From: Pavona decussata
Taxonomy: Eukaryota
Length of the DNA: 64,000 nucleotides
Reading direction: 5' to 3'
Assembly (NCBI GenBank): GCA_977016875.1
Contig: CDRNST010000214.1
Coordinates: 2,790,001-2,854,000 of the forward strand
Below the pieces are notes generated by a model. The model was not told where the DNA came from, did no database searches, and saw only the letters and a program-made list of their open reading frames with translations. Within the stretch, counting starts at the first letter, position 1; every line of letters begins with the position of its first letter. Position numbers and translations under genes: made by a program. Of this stretch, positions 1 to 12,500 are shown piece after piece.

Positions 1-154
1 GATTTATAATAACAGTAAAATCGGTTTTATACTTCAAAAGCAGTGGAAAGGTAAAAAGTAAGTGACAAATTGGCGGGCGGCTCTGAATTTTATTTTTATC
101 GATTAAGCTGAAAATCAAAGTTATTGTTTGTATAATGATCGTGACATGAAATAG

Positions 155-249
155 TTAATTGCCCGCTGGCGACCAGTTGTGAAATTCTGGTCGCCAGTGC
201 AAAATTTTTAGTCGCATTGGCGACCAGGAAAGTGCAATTTCGGACCCTG
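155..249. mobile_element. End of a putative hAT-like non-autonomous DNA transposon
   Basis: Ends ...aatttcggaccctg (CAGGG-type terminus on the reverse strand) with subterminal repeated tggcgacca motifs; the other end is not in the window. Confidence 0.45.
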
Positions 250-562
250 GACAGAATACATGTACAATTCATTTTTCATTTTTTACCTCTGACCTCTGTT
301 TGATTGCCCATAATCGACAGGAGCCTTGAGCCAGATACAGGAATCTTTCTTAAGTTTACAAGTGCAACTTTATTCATATAGGACTATTCAAACAATATAT
401 AGTTCTCCTGACACTTTCATGGCATAATTTTTATCATTGATTCAGGTCTGAAGATTGGATTGTGAATCTGGTCCCTTTTTATAGGGCACCTACATGACTT
501 TATTATTTTACGAAGGAGACATGGGCTATATTTTGATCTGTACCTTATTTTGCGCCTTGTAG

Positions 563-3500
563 GATCAACCAGAAGATCTGTCTGCTATCGATAGCTGTGA
601 ATATATCTGGTAAGAGTGCTTCATTTGTTTTGCAGTAGTATTATACCATAATTTAAATGCAACAAGCAAATTAATATCACCATCACCCACTATTGATTGC
701 TTGAATGTGTGGCATAAAGAGTGCATGGGTATCAAAAGTGATTGGCCACTTACATGTTTACAGTGCAAGTCAGAATTTAGCGAACTAGGCAGACGTGTTC
801 TTGACGAAGCAAAAAATAATTAATGCGTATACATGCGCATATTTTCAGACTCATCTTAAACTAAAAGTGCACGTTTTTGCCATTGTTCTTCATCATCATA
901 AGTTCTGTTTGTGTGGTATTGTGAAATAAAACAAAAGAATTCAACGGGTTGCCGACAAACACAACATTCGTATTTTATAAAATCAGCCAACGACAGCTAT
1001 CGTATATCGAATCTTATCCACTTTGTAAATACTGGCGACTTTAAAAACAACTCTTAACCGGTATTGAATATTCAGCGCATGTGGTAGAAGACATAAATCT
1101 AAGCTGATTAGTCGAGTAGTACATGTGCTTCTTCGAAATCCACGAGATCTGAGTGCCAACTCTTGATTTGCTCAACAATGGCATTTTATTTCCAGGGAAG
1201 CTGGTGTAGGATTTGCCACATCTCCACCTGCTAACCCACAGTTTGATTGCGCTAGAACAGAACTGCTTAAACTGCTCTTGACTTGTTTTTCTGAAGCAAT
1301 GTACCTTCCTCCAACAGGTGAGGTTTTTTCCCTTTTTATCATTTGCAAATCTCAAAAGACATTTGATTTACATTGCACACCGTGTTTGTGTTGGGGTTTC
1401 ATTTAGATTTGGAACAGGCAAGCAAGAAATTAGTGTACTCGGGCAAGATTTATAGCTAACTTGGATATATCAATTAATGGAAAAAGTTGGCTGAGATGTT
1501 AAAAGAAACTAGGCATTAAGTTGTGTTCACAGGTGGTCATTTTGCCTGGTGCCCGGCCCTTGATGAAGCCCCTGTTTGTGTACTGTATGTATGGCTGTAT
1601 AGCAACAGTTTTAATTAACTGTATGTAAAATAGCTATTAAATTCAGCTTTCCTAGATCAGCTTGTAACTATAATGATTATTAATGTGTTATTACATTGCT
1701 TTGCTTTTGGACAGCTGAGAACCACTGCAGACCAAATAAGTGGCTTTCATTTTTCTCTTCCTCTGGGAACAGGTGAGAGATCACTGACACGGTTGTATAA
1801 AATTATATATTAAATACATGTATCTGTAATGTTTAAAGTACTATGCTGCCAGTCCTTTTAAATTATCTGGAAATGCTGAAAGATTACAATGTACTTTGCT
1901 ACATGTACTTTTTATCAAGGGCAATCATGTACAAGTACTGGCCTAATATTGGCCATTAAGCATGGGCCTAATGGCTTAAATGCAGGATACAGTACCGCTC
2001 GAAACTATGGGACCATTTGCACGCGGTAAAACCTCGTCTTTGCCGAACGTGTTTGCTGCGAATTCACCGCGGTGGGACGAAAACCACAACCGCGGCAAAG
2101 ATGAAAGCAACCGAAAGCCGCGGGGAATTAGACGCGGCAATGCCTCGGTAAAAATACAATAATGACTAATTACTATTGTCAGGGTATTGTCAAACATTAT
2201 CTCACCTTTCATCCTAAAGAAGCCCTCAAACAAAAGAATTTGTAAAGACTCACCGAGTCGGAAACCGAACGACCGATAACAATTCGTTTGGCAGTCACTG
2301 AAGAAAGTTTCTTTTCTGCATTTGGGACATGTTCAGTTTTTGTCACGCTACAGGCAATAATCACAGAGCAAAAGACATATTTTCAGTTTCATTCTTGCTG
2401 TTTACGCCACACAGTCAAGAAAGATATTCTATTCGTTTGATAAACCTCCTGATAACCCTTCCTACTGATGTAAAGTGCGCAACAAAGTTCAACCGAAATT
2501 AAGCGACGCTGAATTCAAAATATGCAATCGGATTTCAGTACGGACGCGGAGAAAAGCAAAGTGAAAATCCCTCCAGATGCATTGCCAATGTAATCCGGAT
2601 TCGAAAAACTAAAACTTTGTAATAGATTTGATTCGGTATCGAGTGTGAGCGATAAGATCGATTCACTTGGAGCAAACGCAAACGCGGAAAATTACCGCAA
2701 CGCTTAACGTATTTCTATTAATATTTACTTTGGATAAAATGAAAACAGCAACTTTAGCAAAAGTGAAAAGCCCCTTCCGATGTTTTAAAACGTTGAGAGA
2801 AGCCGTCGTTTGGATGTAGAAAGGACCGTGCCATGATGAAAACACCGGGAAGATTTCAGTCACGTGCTAGGCAACGGAATTCTTTCACGTGTATCAAGTT
2901 TCATTCCGCAACAACACAACGCGGAAAAAAATTATAGTAAGTTAATTTACGGCGATTCTTGGTAGGAAACCTGGACTCTTGCAGTTTGTTATTCAGCCAC
3001 AACGGGAGTAGTAGTGCCTTTTCACTTATGCCCAACTAGTTCCATTGTAATTCCTTCAAAAAGACCTGGAAGCGCTCTCTTCTTTCGTCGACTAGCATTT
3101 GAGCTTTCACTGACCTTTTCAGTTTGCGTTGCTTTGCGTATCGAAAGGAATTGTGCAAGTGAAGTTTAATGAATTGTTTTGCACGTTAAGCAAATAATTT
3201 TTTGCATAATCCGAAATATTATTACATTTACCAATTCAATTCACGAGTTCGCTCACAGAACGCTTTGATTATTTCCCTTGAGAGCGAGTGCGCTTCCGTG
3301 AAATTTATCACACCTAAAACCCGACAATTCGCTTATTGTCCTCGAAGAAGATGAAAACAAAGCGAACAATAGCCTATTCAAACCCAACCGCGTCCTGCCT
3401 TTCACCGCGGCTTAAGTCAACCGAAAAAAACCTAGGTGAAACCGAGGTTTTTATTGCGGTTAGACGAGGTTTTGCCTAGGTGAAACCGCAGATCAAAACC

Positions 3501-6500
3501 GCGAATCGACCGAGGCAAATTCGCGGCAAATGGTCCCATAGTTTCGAGCGGTACTGTAGATGCATTGTTCATTTTTTTTTAAACTTAAGCCTAGGAATAT
3601 GAAGTTGCTTTTTATTTTAGTTAAAGCCAGCAAAGTACTTGACAGTACAGTACATGTATGTGTATTTGTGTATGTGCTTGAGATAACACTCAGGCAATGC
3701 CACCGATCAACAAAATTAATTAAACTGGAGAAAAGACTTAAGACAAGTGGTAAAAATAGTGATCTTAGAGAACTGTAGTTTCAAAGAGTTATTAACAACA
3801 ATAATAATTATTTTGATATAATTAAATGATGATTGTGTTTAAAATAAAATAATAAATGTAGCTCTAGCTTTGTACAGAGAAGTGACAATTGATGTCAGGG
3901 AACTAGCTGCTACACTGTAGTTACAAAGATTTTATTGACAATTTAAAAAGAAAATGATGTGTTAAAATAAAACATTTGTAACTCAAGCTACATGCAAGTA
4001 CTGCCCCCTCATCCAACTTAAATGGTAAAAGACGTAAGATGCAAAGTTACCAAGAAATGCCCCTGTTAAAAATTAATATTTCCCTTACTTCTTAAAATTT
4101 GACCCTGGTAGGGCCTAATACTGATAATCATTCAATATTTTCCTTTTGTATGACAGACATGCCCTTCCAATATTTACCTCTCTGTTAAATATGGTCTGTT
4201 CTTATGACCCAGTTGGATATGGAGTGCCGTAAGTATAGAGTTTACATTCAGTCAACTAGTCTTGTTGTTACTTATTGAAATGACATGTTTTTAATACAAT
4301 TTTAAAAGTCACAAAAAAATCACTGTGACAGTATTTGTGGCTGTCATTTAGTGATTATGTTAAAACCTGGCTTTACAAACCAAACCTCTGGACCACACAA
4401 AGTCAAGAGTGTTAGAGATGACAAGAATATTGTTAAATCAAAAGATTCTGTTGTTGAGCAAGGGAAAATTATAAGGTTTATTGTATTCAGCAACTCGGAA
4501 TTGCACCAAACTGGCCCAAAAGATAAATTATTTGAAAGGGACATTTTCATGCAATCCACTTCAATCTTCAATAATGCACTCTAGATCATACACTGTAGAA
4601 GAGATTTGAAAACCCTTGGCAGTCACACTGTAACTCTTACCTATATAGCTTTAGTGGATCTTGGTAAGCCCTAGCAGTTTGTAATGGAGATACATTATAC
4701 ACTTCATGTATGGTCCCGAGGGAAACAGCTAGTTTTGTTTTCCCGAGAGTCCTGGACTCCAGGGAAAACAAAACTATCTAGTTTCCCGAGGGACCATACA
4801 TTAAGTGCTTTGTTATATATTTAGACTTTCCCTTCAACAATCACAGCATTTAACAAACAAACAAACATCTGAGAGGGCAATAACTGCGGAATTGTATTGT
4901 GGTCGGGATACATTTGTATTTGATCAGGGGCACGTGACCAAGAATCAACCAATCACAGTGCTTGTTTCGTTGAGTGAAAGTCTAGGTATATAACAATGCT
5001 ATATGTTGTGCCATTCCCTGTAGGTATAATCACCTTATGTTTGCCGATTATCGTGAACCCCTGGTGGAAGTAGCTGCTCAGTTGCTTGTAGTATTACTGG
5101 ATCATGAAACAATGCAACAGGCATCAGTGGCAATGAATGGTGGCATTGATGCTGAACATTCCTTTGAGGTGAGCTGAGTCATGACACATACACTGTAGGT
5201 GTGTCCCCCTTTTCTGGATGATGTTGAAGGGTTTGTTATGACTATCATATGTGACCTTTTTGCCTTGAAATTAAAATTGCTGCAGATAAACTCTGTTTTC
5301 GCCCAGAGACTGGTTATCATGTCAAACACTTAGTTGCATACATTTGTATTTTGCACAAAAGAGTAACAAACAATAACAACAACAACAACAAGAAACAGTT
5401 TTGACTCATTATACATGCATTTTTATTGTTTACCTATCAACTTTAGCTAGCTAGTATTGAGTGCAGACTTTTTAAAAAACTGTGTTTTATACTGTCATCG
5501 TAGGAACCTCCAGTTGATAACCTGTTCTGCAACTATTTGTCAAGAATACACAGAGAAGAGGTAAGACCTACATGTAATTTTAATTAAGTGTTCTATGGTA
5601 TGACCTTTAAGATGCATAAAAGTGCTTGTAAAGGTGTGTGAGCAAGTATTATTGATACCACTCTGATAGCTACTTTATTATTGTCGTGGAATACATTTTA
5701 CCAGGCAGAAAAAAAAATCGCTACATGGTAACATTGTGCTCTCTTGTAGGATTTCTACTTCATCCTTCATGGTGTTGCAAATCTGCTCAATAATCCACTT
5801 ATTCAAGTGAGTCCATTGAATTTGATCTGTAATAATTTTTAATTAATAATTTGGATATAATTACTGTATACTGTACATCACATAGTGATTTCAGGTACTG
5901 CAACTGTAATTTTAAGTAACTGTACATGTACCTGAACTTGAATTATATTTCATGAATGAACAAGCGCATGCATAGAGATGAGAAACTATCGCCAAGTAAA
6001 CAGGATTGATATCAGAACGTGTAAGAAATTACAGTTTGAATCCATATTGTTCCACAATGAAGATGAGTGTAAAGACATAAATAGAGGTTTGTTGATACTA
6101 TGAATATACTCAGATTTTGGTTGAATATTGTTAATGATTTTTTTAGCACTTAACACACATGCAATAATGCTTTTGTATACAGCTGTTTCAAAAAAGGTTG
6201 TCCAAAACAATGCGGAAAGGTAGTCTGGGGAGTGCCCAATAAATTTCTATAAAATGTCAGAATCCATATTGCTTGCCATCTCAGGTCTTCGCTGTACGGT
6301 CAAGGCATTATGGGTTGTGAGCTTTTCTTCAAATTAATTTATTGGGTATTTCAAGACTTTCGGCCTTGCCATGTATGCTTTTACACTTTTTTTGGACAAC
6401 CTTTGTCTTAACACCTGTACATGTGTGTAATGATTGGAGCGTTGCCTGTGTAATGTATATGTGTACAATTTTAATTTCAGACGTACCTTCCAAATTCATG

Positions 6501-9500
6501 TAAGAAAGTCAGTTTTCATCAAGAATTGCTGGTTCTCTTCTGGAAGATGTGTGACCAAAACAAGGTACGCTACCTGTGTATTTATTTCAGTGCAATTTTA
6601 AATTTTAATATTATGAGAACATCTGTCTATCGAGTTATCAACTGAAGGTTCAATTCTATTAATCATTTGATTCTTCTTGTTCAATTTGTTTGCAGAAATT
6701 CTTGTTCTATGTGCTGAAGAGCAGCGATGTCCTGGATATTTTGGTTCCAATACTGTACCACTTGAATGATGCACGATCTGACCAGTGTAAGTATGGCAGC
6801 ACCTCTTCCTTAGAAGGGGTGGATTAAAGACCCTAAGGGAAAATTAACATTATGGTTGCCTGCACATGTTCTGTAAGTAACCTGCAGCACAGGAACTGGT
6901 AGTTTAAAGCAGGTTAATAAGCTAATCTGGCAAATAAGTAACTATCAGCTTTTCAATCCTGGTTTACTGCTCAAAGTTCTGTGTTCTGTAAATTCCCTTA
7001 GCAGACACTAGTCTTTTTCTACGGCCCCTTTAAAACTCCAACTTTTGTTAATAAAATTAGCATTACAAACTCTTTTCAGCCAAAGAAACAGAGCCCTTCA
7101 GTTGGCGATCTTTAATTCTGTGTAACATGTATTGTAGCTTTGGCTGCCTTTTTTTTAACACATTGGCCAAGAGTCTTTTTTTGTTTGGTAAATGAGTGCT
7201 GTAAATTGATTGTGATTATGTTTAGATACCATCTTGGATTTTCAAAATGTACATGGAGGAGTTAAAGAGGGTGGAAAGGGACTGCGAAAGAGGGGTACCC
7301 CCCCCCCCCACCCCCCTCCATCATTCTGCAACCTCAAGCTGGATTCTTACTTCCTTGGGTACTTTTTTCACTTGCCCCAGCTCTCTTCTGTCTTCCTAGT
7401 CGAAGATGGCAGCTTTCAAACACATTTTCAGTGGACTTTCTTCCCCCCAAAATACACAGGTCTGCTTGTATAAGTATCTCACAGCCTGTGAACTCCTTTT
7501 AACAATTTTTGTGAAAATCTTTGTTTACATGTAGCACGTCTGGGTTTGATGCACATAGGAGTGTTCATATTGCTGTTGTTAAGTGGAGAAAGGAATTTTG
7601 GTAGGTGGAGAACGTGCATTTTATTGTTACATGTATACAGATGCCAACAAGTTTTTTGTTTCTCTTTGTAAAATTATAGTGCGTCTGTTAATTTCAGTTC
7701 TTTTTCTGTTTAGTGTGTTTGCATCTGATACTGGTGAAAACCAGCCTCTCTAGATTAGTGTGACACATCATCTCTTACTTGGAACACTGAAAAAAAAGTT
7801 GCCTGGCAAAAATTACATGTAATCCAAAACAAATGTGAAATAGCAACAGTATGATGAGTAGTACTGTAAATTGTCCAGTGTATTTATTTGTTGATTTCTA
7901 ATATTCCAATGTTATCATCTAGGTGTTCGTCTGAACAAGCCCTACTCAGTGAGGGTACCAATGGACATCCCAGTCTTCACAGGCACTCATGCAGATTTCC
8001 TAGTCATTGTAAGTACTTTGCTAATTACAAAGGGCTCTTTATGGCATGTGTGCATACAGTAAAGGCTCCCTTCACACTGGGTGTGTCACATTGTTGGGAT
8101 TCTGGAGATTGTGGTTTAAAAATCCTGTATTAGCTGGGGCCTCAGTCCTTGGTACCAGGACACAGGTTCCCCCTCCCACTTCCCCCCAGTTTCCTGTGGT
8201 AAAACATTTTCCAGATGACAGAAAACCCTCGCATGTAACTGTTACTTTAGATTGTCTGAAATGATAGAAGTAACTTGAGGTCAGCGGTGGTGAAAAACCT
8301 ACACGTAAGATGTTCATGTATCTTTAAATAATGCAGGTCATGTACAGCGTAGATGCATCTCCTCCACAATAATTATCTTGGGGAAACTTGGGAGTTAAAA
8401 TCAGTACATGGCTTCCAACTGGAAATACACTGTATAGGATCTTAGTTTTATTTATTCTTTACATCACAAAATATGTTAACATACTCAGCATAATGGCTGT
8501 TTGGACATAATTAATATTAACTTTAATTCATGTGCCATTCACGCAATAGAGATCTTTTGGTACAATTAGCTTCCAGGATCCAAATTACAAGTTATAGATT
8601 TGAATTCTATAAAATAACCCATGTTGTAGGCATGTACAGTGTATGATGGTGTCGTGTGACATTGTTAAGTAATGTTTAAAACACAAGCAGCCTTGTTTTA
8701 TCAGGATTTAAAACCACGAGGCGCAGCCGAACGGTTTTAGACCCGATAAAACATGTGCTGCAAGATTTTTGATGGCTTCAAAAACATTCCTGGAAAAGCG
8801 TGTGTCAAGAGAGTTCATAACAATGATGTTTTTGTGAACATTGGAAATTAGCATACAAGAAAAACATTAAACACCGCATACTAATAAGGAAGAGGTTTTG
8901 TCGGGTTTTGAAACCAGTGCATGTGATGTTTTATCAACCTTTTGATAGGACAATGGCTTATGAATTATTAATGAGTTTTTGAAGGTCTCAGTAAAGGTAG
9001 TGACATGTAGCATTTAACTTACACAGTGTGCTGACTGATGTTTATATTATTTCAAGCTAAGTTAGATTCTTTTGTAAATGGTTTGAACCCAGGAGTCATG
9101 TCATAAGTACGTAAATTATGATCATCCGGGTGAGTGTAGTCCTGAGAAGGACTGTTTGTGGTGACTTTGACGGATGATCATAATTTACGTACTTATTAGA
9201 TTCTTTTCTTTACTTTGTTTCCAGGTTTTTCATAAGATTATCACCAATGGCCATCAAAGACTGCAGCCACTGTTTGACTGTCTTTTGACAATTATAGTAA
9301 ATGGTAAGAGTTTGAGCCAAGCTCGAAACATGATTTATGCTACTTTATCATTTCTTGTCATAATTTATAGTTGTCATGTATTGAACACCATTTTAGGTTC
9401 CAACGTACATGCAGCTTTAATCAGTGTGGGATGAGGCTTAAAATAGCCTTAGCTACTGATTCTTTTTCCTCTTCTTCTTCATCATTGTCTTCATCTTTGT

Positions 9501-12500
9501 ACTTGGTCCTTGTCTTTGTCTTCATTTTGTTCTTCATTTTTTTTCTAGAGAATTTGCTTTCACATCATTACGATTTCCCATTCTTTACGTGCTTCTTGAC
9601 ATCATAGTTCTTCATGTAAAGTGTAATGTATGATGATAGTATGAGGAAATTAATGATCAGTCATCTTTACACTCATCTCATTTGTTTTTTAGTTTCTCCT
9701 TATTTAAAATCCCTCTCCATGGTGGCTGCAAACAAACTGCTTCACCTTCTAGAGGTAATTATGCATTGCTTTTTAATAATCAGTTTAATCACATCAAAGA
9801 TAATTTGTAAGGGAATGAGTTCCAATACTAAACTACTTATCTTGCAGGCATTCTCTACTCCATGGTTCCTGTTCTCTAATGCCACCAATCACCACTTGGT
9901 ATTTTTCTTGCTGGAAATCTTCAATAACATCATCCAGTATCAGTTTGATGGTAAGAAACCAAATTGTTGTTTCAAGGTAAACATGTTTGATAGGCTAATT
10001 CATTTTCCAAGGGGAGGGGGTGTTGGGGGATAGTCAGGTGTATTACTGATGGAGAGGTTTGACAACTTTTTTGAAATAAGTTGTTGGGGACTTTTTTGGA
10101 GTTTGAAATTTCCTGTGCCCAGTTGTTCAAAGAATGGATTGCTATCCAGCAGATACAATGAACACCAACTAATACATTTTATCCACTAGATAGCGACTTA
10201 TCCATTGGATAAAGTTATCCAGGACTCTTTGAACAACCAGCCTGGTGGATTTTCTTTGAGTGGAAAGGTTTTACCAGGAACTTTCTTGAGGTTTGATCTG
10301 TTCACAGAAGAAGGGGCTTTTTTTGGGTTATAATTCTGGTCTGTTGGACTTTATAAGCTCTCTCCGATCCCCAAAGGGAAGTAGAATCATGAAGAACTCA
10401 CCCCCACCAATCTGTCTCAAGTTTAACTCTTTTTGTGTTCAAGTTATCTTTGCTGTTGTTGTCTGTGTTTCTTTGTCTAGGTTGTGCAGTTTTTTCCCAG
10501 CTCCTCAACTTCCTAATAATCATTTCTAAATTCCAATTCAATCCCGAATTTGTTGGATTTTCTTTCAGTTTGGGTGGAAAGTTTGATGCTACAGGTGTGT
10601 CAGTCATGAAGTCACACCCTTGTTAAACAAAGATATGAAATGTACTGGTTAATATAATTATCCTGAGAATGAAAATAATGTTTGATGCCTTCTTTCTTTC
10701 AGGGAATTCCCATCTTGTGTATGCAATTATAAGAAAAAGAAATATCTTTCATCAGGCAAGTTTAAAAGTATTTCTGTACAATGACAGTCCTTAAACAAAA
10801 ATAATGAACATTTGAACCAAAGCTTCATGTTTTGTAGTTGTGGTGTTACAAACATGTATGTAGAATGCGTGGAATTAAAAAAGGATTTGTTTCTCGTGTC
10901 AGTGTAAAAAAGCTGGATTTTAATCTGGGAAAAAAGATTAAGGGCCTGTGTATTGTGGGCAATATCTATATAATTGCACATACAGTATATTTTCTTTAGC
11001 CCAAGATTAAAGAGTGTTTGTCTTACTTTATTCGCTTGTCGTGTCAATATTATTTTTTTATTGTTTAGTTGGCAAACCTTCCAACGGATCCTGCAACTGT
11101 TCAAAAGCCAAGGCGAAGACTTACTTCTCAGGGTTCTGACAAGTAAGAAACTTCATTTCAAAATAACTCTACTGTTAAACACAGTCTTGCAGAGATTCAG
11201 GGTGCATTCCTTTGGTGTGATCCAGTCCAGGATTTTTGATCCAAGTGATGGTGCACCAAAGGAACCGTTTTTAGTACAGTTACTCTGACAGCAGGCTTGA
11301 AATTCGCATGCGTCAGTAGAAACCCAGTGGGAAAAGATCTATTTTCAGATTACTCAGATCAGTGATCTGATGAATCCTTGTCCAGAATGGATTCAACAGA
11401 TCACTGATCTGAAAATGGATCATCCCAAAGGAACGCAACGGAGCAGAAATCTGATCCCGATCACCCCAAAGGACCCTCAGTTTTCAGCAACTGAGTATTA
11501 ATTTGGATAGTGTCATTTCCAGCTATGCTGGTTTTTGCATTGTTTTCTAACTCAACTCCACCAGCTTCTCTGATGGATGCTAAAACTCACTTACATGCAC
11601 CTCCATAATTGTACATGTACAGTAAATGTTGTTGACAGTCGCTGTATAGCTGACGTGATGTCCATGTGTGGTGTCTCTTCCAGGGATGGACAAACATCAA
11701 GCAGTGAAGGAGAAGAAAAGAAGCCTGCAGCTACAGCCTCAGCATCTGGAGGAAGTATGCCTGAGATGTCTGCTGATAGTAAGCAATGCTTTATTCCATT
11801 GTACCACTTTGTAAGGCAGTGATTATTGAGATCACAGCCAGAGTTTTATGTACTGTCTGGAGCTTAGGCAACTAGGGGTATTACTAATTGATAAGGGGAT
11901 TACATGTAGTTTCTAAAAATCTCAACTGGCTGGAGGAAGACCAACTTGCTATTTACACTAACACGCTCGCCGAGGAGTTGAGCTCGGCATTTTCAAGAAT
12001 CAGCTCCACTGTACATACTGTCTAGAGTGGGGCTTGAACCCTTGTTTTCAGTACCCTTACCACTCAGCCATGCTATCTCTGGGTGAAGCCAATCTATGGT
12101 TGCCCCAGCATTTTCTATGGGTATCCTAAAGGTTCCTGGTGCCCATCTAAGGCATCTATGCGGCTGGGTATGGAGAGACAATATAGCGTACTTGTACATG
12201 TAATGTAGTGACAAGAGGTTGACAGACATCAGCCTGACACACTTTCAACTAGACCACCACAGTTCTATGTCAACTGGATACTACATGTACCTGTGAATTG
12301 AGGAATTGACCATATGGTCAAAATTTAAGATTAACCGTCTTCAGCTGGTTTGCCTGAAGATAAATTTCATTCGTTTGTGCTTTTCTTTTAGTGTCCGTAA
12401 AAGAGGTTCGTAATCCTGCCAGCGAGTCAGAGTCCAGTGATGTTGAGGCGCGGTCCACTGGGGAAGTGACCCCACCCAGTACCCCTGGAACATCACGCAC

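Noticed and set aside
1976-3778. Short ORFs in the intronic transposon as transposase
   Set aside because: No DDE/HTH motifs are recognisable; the ORFs are only 60-85 aa.
9371-9607. Hydrophobic Ser/Phe-rich ORF as a small membrane protein
   Set aside because: It arises from a (TCT/TTC)-rich low-complexity tract inside a HID1 intron.
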